Source: Lingula anatina (taxonomy: Eukaryota; Animalia; Brachiopoda). Taken from it: a DNA stretch of 64,000 nt. A program made the position numbers and the translations under genes. The notes under the pieces were generated by a model, which saw only the letters and a list, made by a program, of their open reading frames with translations, was not told the origin of the DNA and ran no database searches. The stretch lies in the NCBI GenBank assembly GCA_051362555.1, contig CM120641.1, positions 18,910,001 to 18,974,000 of the forward strand, given 5' to 3'. Below are positions 50,801 to 59,505 of the stretch, piece by piece; position 1 is the stretch's first letter; each line of letters opens with the position of its first letter.

Positions 50801-53800
50801 AAATTTGTTTCCAATGTGACGGACTTGCTGTTTTATGTCACTGTTACCTTCTCTAGCTTCTTTGCAAGCTTGATAAAGTAAATCTGACATGCCTCTTTGT
50901 CCTTTAGAAATGTAATTTACAATATATGTTGCACAAGCATAGATGTCTAAAACAAACTGAATATCCATATTTGCTCTCCATGCTTGTAAACATGAGCTGG
51001 AATAATTGTTTATCCAAATTTCACAGGGCAGTCTTTTTAAGAACAAAGTATCAGTTTTGATTGTAGATCTCACTGCCAAAATGTAATCTTCTTCTGAGAC
51101 ATGTACTTTATTTAAAAATTCTTCAAATGTTAGACTAACACATGTAAAATCTTTGTCATTTATAATATTATGAATCTTTGTCCAAACTTGTGCATATTCT
51201 TTCTTCTGTGAAGTATCTTCAAGGGGTTTCAGAATTATACTTTTTTTCATCGGAGGCTGAGGAAAATGGAATCTGCAAGATTTTTTCAAATTCTTTATAC
51301 ATGTCCTTGTATGTTTGTGTGTCTGATAAGATACAAGTTCTTTTATTGGATCATCTTCATTTGGTTTGCTACAGCAAATTGTGCTATCAACAAATTGTAT
51401 GATGTCTTCATGAGAATTGACACCATAAATAGGTGCATTTTCTATCCAAAGCAGCATGTGAATATGTGGACTACCTCTGTGTTGAAATTCTACACGGTAA
51501 AAAAAATCTTGTATTTTACCTAATGGTGCTACTTTGTGGCACAAAAAGTGATGTATCAAACACTGGACTTGATAATCAAAATGCCGTGCACAAGTAATGG
51601 GATCACTCTGAATCAAGCGACATTTTTCATCCCAGCTTAGTTGTTCTAACTCTGATTCTGAGTAATGTCTATTATCTACTAATTGACCAAGAGTTCCAAG
51701 TAAATGATTCCATTTTGTTTCAGCAGAAGAAAAACTGCAGAAAAAAGTTGCTGCTCCTAGCTGACGTATCATTGCAAATAAATCTTTTTTTGCTTTCTCA
51801 AAATATGGGGGGGAACCACGTACTCCTTTTAGGAATGTATAACCTTCATCAAAATGTAAAAGTTTCTCAATGGCTCCAGACTGTTTCAAATCTCCTGCAG
51901 TGAGTTTTTTTCCACTAGTTTTATGTTTTCTTACAGCAAGAGAAGCTGACCCAATCAATCTTTTCATCTGCAGTTTTTTTGCTTTAAAAAATATGTTGTC
52001 AACACACATTGCTGCTCTTCTGTCATTGCGTCTTAATTCCGACTTGCAAATGTCACTGTAGTGTACAGGGACAAGTCTGTTTTGATTTGCAGGCCTTGCA
52101 TTGCCAAGAAATATTTCAGGAAAAGCCAGTTCCTCACAGTGTTCATCTCTGAATATGCTGAGTGGATGACCTTCTTGACCAGGTGCAAAAGAGTAAATTT
52201 TCTCTCTCTCTGTGTCTTCTAAGAAGTCTCTACCTGTTAACATTGTATCTCTTATACCAGGTTTCATTTCTTCCTCATCAATTTCGTCCCAATCTGTAGT
52301 ATCATTTGCCTGTAAGTATTTACCTTTATCTGATTTAGCTCGTGTTACCTGCTTTGTTTGCAGCAAGTTCTTGTATATGCTATCAGCAGACAATGATGAG
52401 TCGCATACACTCTGCACGATATCATAGTGATCAGAGTTTGTATTTTGTAGGTAAATAGCTGTCTCGTGTGAATGATTGTTCTGGTCAAGAAAGTTAGCTG
52501 AATACTTTAACCATTTCCAAGAGTCACCAGGCTTGCAGTAGACATAGATGTCCGTTTGTAGCAGATGTGCTGCAGCAAGTATTTCTGTTTCAGTACCCCA
52601 AACATTTACACTATCCATGCCTGTTCTTCTAATATAATTTGCTGAGCTACTGTCATTATCACCTAACATACTACTTGCAAAAGCATACTCAAGCTGCTTC
52701 ATATGACTGACGATTTTGTTTCTAAGTATAATGTGATTATTATCATACAACATGTCAGAACCAGTGATGGTAAAAGACAAACTTCGAAAAAAACAATTAC
52801 CATCTCCAATAACTTTCTTCAACTGCCTAGGATTTGTCAAGAGAATATCACTACCAGTTTCAGGCCAATTGTGTGGACGCTTTAATGGTAAGTTTAGTTT
52901 CTCGGTTATTTTCTCTTGCCAGAAGGCATCTACAGGCATAAAATGAAATGAAGTATTGTCAGTCCGTAGGTGTTGTACCTCATTTTCAGATTCACAATAT
53001 GTAGGTAATATATGTCTTTGCTGTAAGTATGATAACTCCTTTTGCAAGTGTGAAACATTTCTTACTCTGTGTCGAATTTTCTTTACAGTTCTGAAGTATC
53101 TCGAGTACCATGTTCTTCCTTGTTTTTTTCTTTTAAACAAACCATAATAACTCAGTTTCAAATGCTTATATTTTCTTAGAATATGGTGGCGCTTATAAGC
53201 AATGAGTTTTTCAATTCCTTCTCTACTAGAAGATCTGATTGTATTTATCTTCTTGCGATATCTTGATCTGCCTCTCTCTTGTGATTTGAATGCAGGTACA
53301 CCAAAAATGTGTGGTTGTTTTGAAGAACCAGTACTTTTTCTTTCACTCTGAATAGTAGCCACAAATTTGTCAACATCAGCAGATGGATCATATTTATAAG
53401 GCTTGTCTAAAATGACATAGAATTCATCTGCAAAATCACCATCCTGATCCATAAGATGCCCTTCTTCAGAAAATTGAATGTTTTTAGAATTAGCAGGGCA
53501 TTCAACACAAACATATTCTTTCAGTAAGTTTTGTATTTGTTCCTCACTCAAGTTATAAATAGTTGTATGCTCTTTTTTGGTTTGTTCAAATGTGTCAGAG
53601 CTGCAGGGATTTTCTTCTAATTTCCATGTTGTGTCTACAGTTATTCCCTTTTCTTGATATAATTTTCCATTTGCAGTTAACCAAGCTGCAGCTTCAAGTA
53701 CTTTGTTAGGTCTTACATTCTGAGCATATGCATAATTTTTAAATTTCACATTTCTCTTGAGCTGAACTTTAATTGTAGAACTATCTGCCTCAGTTCTTGG

Positions 53801-56143
53801 TAACTTTGTTACAGTGGATGTAACATCTGCTGGTATATTTACAACATTTCCTTCTAATTTGTATTGTTTTCCACGAGGAGCTTGTTGAAGCTTCATGAAA
53901 ACTAACCTTGGGCTAGTTAATCTCCACTCTAAAGGTTTTAAATCCAAGAAGCTGGGTTTTTCTGGAAACGACAGACCATTCACCATAGCGCATGGAGGAA
54001 TTTTGTTCTTTTTCAAATGAGAAGAGCATGTTAAACATATCCAATTACTGTCAAATAAATCACCAGTTTCTTTGCAATGTTTAACTGCATTATTTTCTAA
54101 ATTCATGATAGACTCTGAATTTATCACAGTATGCCTGTACCATAGTTGTTGACATATACAACATGTGTAAATACAGCCTTCAGCAACTTTTTTGTGGAAT
54201 TGTTGTATTAACTGTTGAAGATTAGTATTGATTTTCTGTCTCTTATTACGTTTAGCAAATGAATCAGATTTTCTTTCATGTTTTCTAAATTCGGGATCAG
54301 ATCTTTTTAACCTTTTTTTACTTCTCTCAGTTACTTTGTAATAAGGATCAGACCTTTTCAAGTGCTTGTGTTTCAGAATTTTGGTCTTCATATCAGACTG
54401 AGAGCGTTTTAGTCTCTGAGATTCTTGTTCCTTTTTCCTTAACTGTGGATCAGACCTTTTCAACTGATTGTACTTTAAAATTTTGCTCTTCTCATCGACC
54501 TGAGAACGTTTTAGTCTTTGAGATTCTTGTTCACGCTTTCTGAACTGTGGATCAGACCTTTTCAACTGATTGTACTTTAAAATTTTGCTCTTCTCACCAA
54601 CCTGAGAGCGTTTTAGTCTCCGAGATTCTTGTTCGCGTTTTCTGAACTGTGGATCAGACCTTTTCAACTGATTGTACTTTAAAATTTTGCTCTTCTCATC
54701 GACCTGAGAACGTTTTAGTCTCCGAGATTCTTGTTCGCGCTTTCTGAACTGTGGATCAGACCTTTTCAACTGATTGTGCTTTAAAATTTTGCTCTTCTCA
54801 TCGACCTGAGAGCGTTTTAGTCTCTGAGATTCTTGTTCGCGCTTTCTGAACTGTGGATCAGACCTTTTCAACTGATTGTACTTTAAAATTTTGCTCTTCT
54901 CATCGACCTGAGAGCGTTTTAGTCTCTGAGATTCTTGTTCGCGCTTTCTGAACTGTGGATCAGACCTTTTCAACTGATTGTACTTTAAAATTTTGCTCTT
55001 CTCATCGACCTGAGAACGTTTTAGTCTTTGAGATTCTTGTTCGCGATTTCTGAACTGTGGATCAGACCTTTTCAACTGATTGTACTTAAAAATTTTCCTC
55101 TTCTCATCGACCTGAGAACGTTTTAATCTCTGAGCATTTTGTTCAGCTTTCCTGTACTGTGGATCAGATCTAAGAAGTTGCATCCTGATTTTATTTTTCT
55201 CTCTTTTCAAAATATTTCTGTCAGTGCTACTGGTTCCCGTAAGTGAGGTATCCAAAAGAGTTTTATTCACTGCGTCAATTTTGCTTTGTTGTTTGTCTTC
55301 TGTCCATTTTAACTGCCTCTTCATTTCATCATGTAGTCTTTTTAAATGGGGTTTGTGCAAATTTGTTTTATCAAAAATGGATGAAATAGAATCAGAGGTA
55401 ATGGTATTACCAGTGTGTTTTGTTAATGGTACCTTCTTCATTGAACCCACTTTTGAATATTGAACACTTTTTTCCACAGGTTTTAAGGATGTTTTTAATG
55501 TTACCATATTGGGTTCATTTTTTTGAATTTCAGGAAAAACTACTGATTTTATCTTTAATTTGTGGGGTACCGTTGATAGCTTTGGGTTGACTGGCATGTT
55601 AGATTTTACAGACTTATCTGATGGTGAAAAATGGTCTGAATATATTATAGACTTACTTGAATGACCAGGGGCATCAGTGGCACTCAAACTGACAGGATAG
55701 GCTGTGTCAACTGTAGCATCTGTCTTATCTGAAGCATCTGTATAAGCTGCATGAACAGTAACATCTGAAGCAATGGGAATGTCAGTGTGTTCAGGAAATT
55801 CAGTGTTTTCAGTAACTGCATTATTTTCACTTTTTTCAGTGTTTTCAGTAATTTCACTGTTTTTTTCAGTATTTTCACTGTGTCTATCAGTAATTTCACT
55901 GCTTCTATCAGTAATATCAGTAATTTCACTGCTTCTATCAGTAATATCAGTAATTTCACTGCTTCTATCAGTAATATCAGTAATTTCACAGTTTTTCACA
56001 GAGCCCACCGAGGTGGGCGTGCCTGCCGAAGCAGGCACAATAGTAGTCGTGGCATTCTTAGTCACCCTCTTGCGACTTTTCTTGATCATCTTCTTCTGAT
56101 TTGCCCTTCTTTGGACCATGCTTTGTTTTTTCAACCTAGGCAT
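47834..56143 (-). CDS. Helentron (Helitron2-type) Rep-helicase-endonuclease polyprotein with OTU protease, 2769 aa, uninterrupted
   Basis: Cys/His cluster (CCICQQLWY..WICLTC..H); OTU (GDGNCFFRS..WGTETEI..HYDIV, ~52415-52830); HUH Rep motifs FFCSFSSAE, VEFQHRGSPHIHMLLW (~51445-51493) and YACATYIVNYISK; PIF1 helicase motifs SGGAGVGKS (~49825-49855), FIDEVSM, GDLFQLKPV, EIMRQKD, KTIHRCQG and YVALSRV; C-terminal AP-like endonuclease motifs HWNCCSL, TET, IYRPP, IGDFN, LDLVF and DHFPV (~47834-48475). Confidence 0.95.
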   Translation of the reverse strand: MPRLKKQSMVQRRANQKKMIKKSRKRVTKNATTTIVPASAGTPTSVGSVKNCEITDITDRSSEITDITDRSSEITDITDRSSEITDRHSENTEKNSEITENTEKSENNAVTENTEFPEHTDIPIASDVTVHAAYTDASDKTDATVDTAYPVSLSATDAPGHSSKSIIYSDHFSPSDKSVKSNMPVNPKLSTVPHKLKIKSVVFPEIQKNEPNMVTLKTSLKPVEKSVQYSKVGSMKKVPLTKHTGNTITSDSISSIFDKTNLHKPHLKRLHDEMKRQLKWTEDKQQSKIDAVNKTLLDTSLTGTSSTDRNILKREKNKIRMQLLRSDPQYRKAEQNAQRLKRSQVDEKRKIFKYNQLKRSDPQFRNREQESQRLKRSQVDEKSKILKYNQLKRSDPQFRKREQESQRLKRSQVDEKSKILKYNQLKRSDPQFRKREQESQRLKRSQVDEKSKILKHNQLKRSDPQFRKREQESRRLKRSQVDEKSKILKYNQLKRSDPQFRKREQESRRLKRSQVGEKSKILKYNQLKRSDPQFRKREQESQRLKRSQVDEKSKILKYNQLKRSDPQLRKKEQESQRLKRSQSDMKTKILKHKHLKRSDPYYKVTERSKKRLKRSDPEFRKHERKSDSFAKRNKRQKINTNLQQLIQQFHKKVAEGCIYTCCICQQLWYRHTVINSESIMNLENNAVKHCKETGDLFDSNWICLTCSSHLKKNKIPPCAMVNGLSFPEKPSFLDLKPLEWRLTSPRLVFMKLQQAPRGKQYKLEGNVVNIPADVTSTVTKLPRTEADSSTIKVQLKRNVKFKNYAYAQNVRPNKVLEAAAWLTANGKLYQEKGITVDTTWKLEENPCSSDTFEQTKKEHTTIYNLSEEQIQNLLKEYVCVECPANSKNIQFSEEGHLMDQDGDFADEFYVILDKPYKYDPSADVDKFVATIQSERKSTGSSKQPHIFGVPAFKSQERGRSRYRKKINTIRSSSREGIEKLIAYKRHHILRKYKHLKLSYYGLFKRKKQGRTWYSRYFRTVKKIRHRVRNVSHLQKELSYLQQRHILPTYCESENEVQHLRTDNTSFHFMPVDAFWQEKITEKLNLPLKRPHNWPETGSDILLTNPRQLKKVIGDGNCFFRSLSFTITGSDMLYDNNHIILRNKIVSHMKQLEYAFASSMLGDNDSSSANYIRRTGMDSVNVWGTETEILAAAHLLQTDIYVYCKPGDSWKWLKYSANFLDQNNHSHETAIYLQNTNSDHYDIVQSVCDSSLSADSIYKNLLQTKQVTRAKSDKGKYLQANDTTDWDEIDEEEMKPGIRDTMLTGRDFLEDTEREKIYSFAPGQEGHPLSIFRDEHCEELAFPEIFLGNARPANQNRLVPVHYSDICKSELRRNDRRAAMCVDNIFFKAKKLQMKRLIGSASLAVRKHKTSGKKLTAGDLKQSGAIEKLLHFDEGYTFLKGVRGSPPYFEKAKKDLFAMIRQLGAATFFCSFSSAETKWNHLLGTLGQLVDNRHYSESELEQLSWDEKCRLIQSDPITCARHFDYQVQCLIHHFLCHKVAPLGKIQDFFYRVEFQHRGSPHIHMLLWIENAPIYGVNSHEDIIQFVDSTICCSKPNEDDPIKELVSYQTHKHTRTCIKNLKKSCRFHFPQPPMKKSIILKPLEDTSQKKEYAQVWTKIHNIINDKDFTCVSLTFEEFLNKVHVSEEDYILAVRSTIKTDTLFLKRLPCEIWINNYSSSCLQAWRANMDIQFVLDIYACATYIVNYISKGQRGMSDLLYQACKEAREGNSDIKQQVRHIGNKFLNNVEISAQEASYITLQLPMRRASRSFVFINTTPPEDRVRLLKPLEEIKELEDESDNIESSNLLKRYSRRLPSLDNVSLADFAAYYDNNLNIIGGSKKRSSRLLDTDGMPLEKHDLENFEDDIHDIPCETDIIKRKKAKIIRSVWFSESLYPEKHYRELLMLYIPWRNEESDILQNFESYEQRCQHLENEIWEQQRMYSPAKDELHRAMEDLNNMDSEDEDMWATVAPNTECQNEVDQCEPSDVVQSSVGLSYDLAEDLGIHVSAKSCTEEEIVNKEIPDISYYKMIRNMNRQQLEFFHHVLHLIKSNSDPFHIFLSGGAGVGKSFVTRALYQGILKYLSSLPGEDFRTIRVALVAPTGKAAYNIGGHTIHSLLKIPANQSLKYKRLSADVLNSFRYKLGSLKVLFIDEVSMVGSKMLSFINERLKELKNNDRLFGGVSIVAIGDLFQLKPVFDNWIFENPNNDYYPLATNLWQKHFHMYELTEIMRQKDSKEFAEILNRLREGHHTDKDIKVLSERQLDQSKTSQQPLLHVFQTNSLVENFNHASYQNAKGEKFQIAATDTITGPVPKHLENNIRKQIPLDHKKTMNLRRILHIAVGERTEVVLNVDTEDGITNGAPNVVKLVDLDRQLIWVQFDAEDIGKNVRRMNKPLYNSKISKTWTPIFPVKRQFHLGKTGQYQVVRKQFPLQLSAAKTIHRCQGDTLKELVVDLSGRKNEHMHYVALSRVEKLEGLHILELNASKICISDKVKQEMKRLRQEAQLVKSISFLYEQPDDHFKIIHWNCCSLHKYIDDIRKNLDVAKADVCAFTETRFAIKDLNTKYQLKDKYLHRNDSTLHRQHGTAIYSHHRYAENFPKNCNFSGIEITVTRLDQFPDFVVITIYRPPHGKMQVLLEALRNILDTIDKTDKCVIIGDFNVNWLHENNANALRKMMCQDLMFRQHVTTPTTNYDSALDLVFTNFNHTDLKLIVLPTYFGDHFPVCLSFPKNCL
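54270..55180 (-). repeat. Coding 102-bp (34-aa) tandem array, ~8 full copies plus a degenerate copy
   Basis: Unit QLKRSDPQFRKREQESQRLKRSQVDEKSKILKYN; the nucleotide period of 102 is visible (tgaactgtggatcagacc at 54541 and 54643). Confidence 0.95.
55800..55995 (-). repeat. Coding 30-bp tandem repeat (EITDITDRSS)x3 plus degenerate ENTE units
   Basis: tcagtaatttcactgcttctatcagtaata repeated at 30-bp spacing. Confidence 0.9.
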
Positions 56144-56327
56144 CTAGAAATATGAAAAAATACATATTTATTGGCAAACCATAATAGAAACTAAGAAAGT
56201 TGTAAACAGTTTCTTTCGAGTGCAACTGCTTAAGAGGCCCTTAACAAACTACCAAGACTAACAAGTGCACCGAAAATAAAACATTATCAAACAAAAACAT
56301 TATTTACTGATGTGTTGATTCTGTAAT

Positions 56328-56695
56328 TAAAGGTACATGCCGATGGAGTGCGCATCCCCAGTAATACATGTAATCCACCTCTACTAGTTACTTGTATAAC
56401 AGAAATGAACTTGACATGCCAATGGACAAAACAAATTAATCATCAACAATAAAATAGCCTTAAACTATCTCATAAAATTGATGGTTAATTTGCACTACTT
56501 ATCTAACCTACTAATATTTATCAGTCCCATTTATATACAGCAGAGAAAGCAGACAGACGAATGTATTCACATATGCCTTTTTGTGTTGTTTTACAAAATG
56601 CTAGTTAATTATAACACGGGGTACTCAGGACACAAACCATGAATACTAGATATCGCCAATGGATTTTTGGAATTTTGGAATTTGGATTTTTAATT
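56328..56695 (+). mobile_element. Diverged relative of the TTAA/Kolobok-like family
   Basis: Starts TTAAAGGTACATG and follows 61925-62190 (cccagtaa..catgtaa..ccac..ct..ctag..ttgacatgccaa) at reduced identity; the right boundary is uncertain. Confidence 0.6.
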
Positions 56696-56827
56696 AGAAC
56701 GGTGCCTTACATACAATGTTTTATTCCATTTTAAATGAGTCAGAATAATATAATATTGGATTCCTTGCAAAGCATAATATTTGTTGTGCCCATCATATTA
56801 CTGTCATTACAGATTACACAACTACAC

Positions 56828-56866
<39 letters not shown>

Positions 56867-57223
56867 GCCCAGTTTCTACTTCCAGCATCGAGCGGGTTTA
56901 TATTGAGTCTGGTAGTATTATTTGTCTTACGATGCCAAAGCTCAGAAATGTAAATTAAGGGCATCAGGTATGCTAAAAAAAACTATTAAGGTTTGTTTCG
57001 TTATTAAGGTTAAATGGAAAAAGAAAAGACTTCAGAAGAAAATAGGACTTTTGGAACATGTTCAGACCTGCTCTAAGCTACTCTTTTTAAATATGAATTG
57101 ATTTGTTATTATCAAGTTGTCAGCCACAGCTACTTAAAAAGAAGTGCAATGATACATAACACTTCATTATATACAGAATATCTGTAAATACCTGGATGGA
57201 TTTTTTACAAGGTAACTAAATTA

Positions 57224-57757
57224 CAAGTGTTGATTGATAAGTAGTGAACCTCGTGTGGAAAGGGTTAAGCAGGGATATCCCTTTTCAACCCTTCTATTCC
57301 CTGACTATTTAAAGGTGTGTAGCCAAAGTTTGGTGTCATTTGATTAGTTTATGTCGACGAGGTAGCACTCTCAAATAAGCAAGGCAAGTGACTTTTGCAA
57401 AACGCCCCTGCTCACAAGTCTGTCATTGCCATGGCTGCAATCAACGAGTGTGGCTTTGAACTGATAGAACATACACCAACATCCTGATCTTGCTTCCTCT
57501 GACTATTATCTATTTTCCAAATTGAAAAAGGCCATTTCAGGTACTCACTTTGTGTCAGATGATGACATCATACGTGAAGTGGAGGGGTTTCTGAACGTCT
57601 AAGAGAAGGGCTTCTATAAAAGTGGCATAGAGTCTCTCAAAACTCACTGGCAAAAGTGTATAGATACTCAAAGAGAGTATGTTGAAAAATAAAGAAAAAT
57701 ACTTGTAAAATGTGTACCCCTTCTATATGAGGCTAACTACTTATCAATCAACCCTTA
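57224..57757 (+). mobile_element. Internally deleted, decayed mariner element
   Basis: TA-flanked imperfect TIRs (CAAGTGTTGATTGATAAGTAGT.. / ..ACTACTTATCAATCAACCCTTA); the interior translates, with a frameshift, to a mariner transposase C-terminus: NAPAHKSVIAMAAINECGFELIEH..PDLASSDYYLFSKLKK. Confidence 0.85.
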
Positions 57758-58119
57758 TACAACATAATTGCTATTGGCCTCCCAAACAGGTATATTAAAG
57801 AACAAAACAAGGATAAGGGAACTTGGTACATTTGATAAATGTAAGTACTTATTACTTTAGTCAAAAGATAAAAATATCACAGTCACAATTTGCACATTGA
57901 GACATGTGAAAAGTAAAACAAGGATAAAGTGACAGCAGTTGAAAAAAAAATTCTAAGATTGCTGCACAGAAGTTATAAAAGGTGAAGACCAGTAACCAAA
58001 AAAGCTACTTGTATGGGTTATTAAATAAACATTTAATTGATCCATCCATTAAGAAATATTCAAATTGTTGATCTCCTAATGATGACCGTAAACATTGTAA
58101 TTAATGTTCAAAGGGAATA

Positions 58120-58440
58120 TTCATAATAAGTTATCTTTAGCTGACTTGGATAAATGCTGGGGAGTCTCTGCTTGGAAGCTTAATCTATTTATTAACCAAA
58201 CAGTACCTTTTAATATGGAGAGGGAAAAATAACTGGTCTCGTCTATAAGATGCTCAAGTGTGGTATTGATGGTTACCTTTAACAATCATACTATAAAGTA
58301 AATGCGCACTAAATTAAAAGGATATTTTTATTTATAAAAGGGCTGCTACTAGTAACTCATTCCCTCTTTAGGGATCTAGGTGATACTCTTAGCACAACAG
58401 TGTTCAACATGCTCATTGATGCTCTGGGTGACAAGTTAAT
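58120..58440 (+). pseudogene. Possible decayed non-LTR reverse transcriptase fragment
   Basis: GDTLSTTVFNMLIDAL at ~58379-58426 resembles the RT motif QGDxLSPxLFN; DLDK at ~58143 resembles DLxKAFD; stops and frameshifts lie between. Confidence 0.35.
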
Positions 58441-59101
58441 TCAGCCCAACACTAATCTGGTCCCCATTTCTGCACCAAACACCTGTAAATTGCACATTTT
58501 AGACAAATGAACTAATTAAGGCACTATTATGTATTCAAAAGCAACCTTCAAATGTGAACAATCAGTCATGAACAAAAATGGTGCAAACTTTTTTGAGCCT
58601 TTTCTCATATTTGCAGAAACCAATCAGTGGATACTGACATTTCAGATTTCAGGAAAGTATACAACAGTATTATATTTAAGTAATAAAAATTGCCATAAAG
58701 GCTTGATGTTTCAAAATAACAAACCCACATATTGCTAACAATTAAGTATCTACCTATCTAAAAATATTGCCTTGGTATGTACTTGCCTGCTAGTAGAAAT
58801 CAATATTAAGTGCACACTGCTGGTACTTAGATGATCTTGAGACTTAAATGACAAGTATCTAAAACAATACTTACATTCTATTGCCACGCTAATTATCCTG
58901 ATAAGGTGCAATTGACTGAGTGGGTAATTGACTGACTGAGTAACTTCAACTGGGAACTGGAAGAAAAAGAATGTTATATAAACTCAACTGACTATTATTT
59001 AATCTAGCACTGATGCTCTTAATATCTGAAACATATTCCTTTACTTTTGATAAGCTCCACATTGTTGAAAAGAAACTATGGTTACTCAAAAAATATATAG
59101 C

Positions 59102-59142
<41 letters not shown>

Positions 59143-59505
59143 TTTATTTACAGTCTAAAATCCATATATAAAATGTTTAGTAGATTTTACAGAGGTAAAA
59201 TGAACAGAATATGATCAAAAGAGTCAAAAATAAAAAATAAACAGTTGAGATATAAACAATATTGAAATATATGGTGCAATGTAAATTAATATATTCTGTA
59301 GGTCCCATTCAAAACAAGATGATCCGCCAACTAGCAGATCTGCCAACTAAATAGGGCTGACCCCACTTTAAAATTGATAGCGCTGAATCCGGAAGGTCTC
59401 ACATCCTCCACATGTGCCCTAAAAAGCATTTAACCATGTGTCCGGGTTAAATTATAAGGCCCATGCAGTTGTGGCGTGTGTAGGGGCAAGAAGACCGTTA
59501 AAGAA

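Noticed and set aside
54270-55180. Regularly spaced repeats as a CRISPR-like array
   Set aside because: The units are contiguous with no unique spacers, lie in frame within the Helentron ORF, and the context is eukaryotic with no cas genes.
57170-57192. TACAGA-ATA-TCTGTA hairpin as the 5' terminus of the autonomous Helentron
   Set aside because: Only ~6 bp matches the putative 3' sub-terminal sequence at ~43958, too weak in AT-rich DNA.
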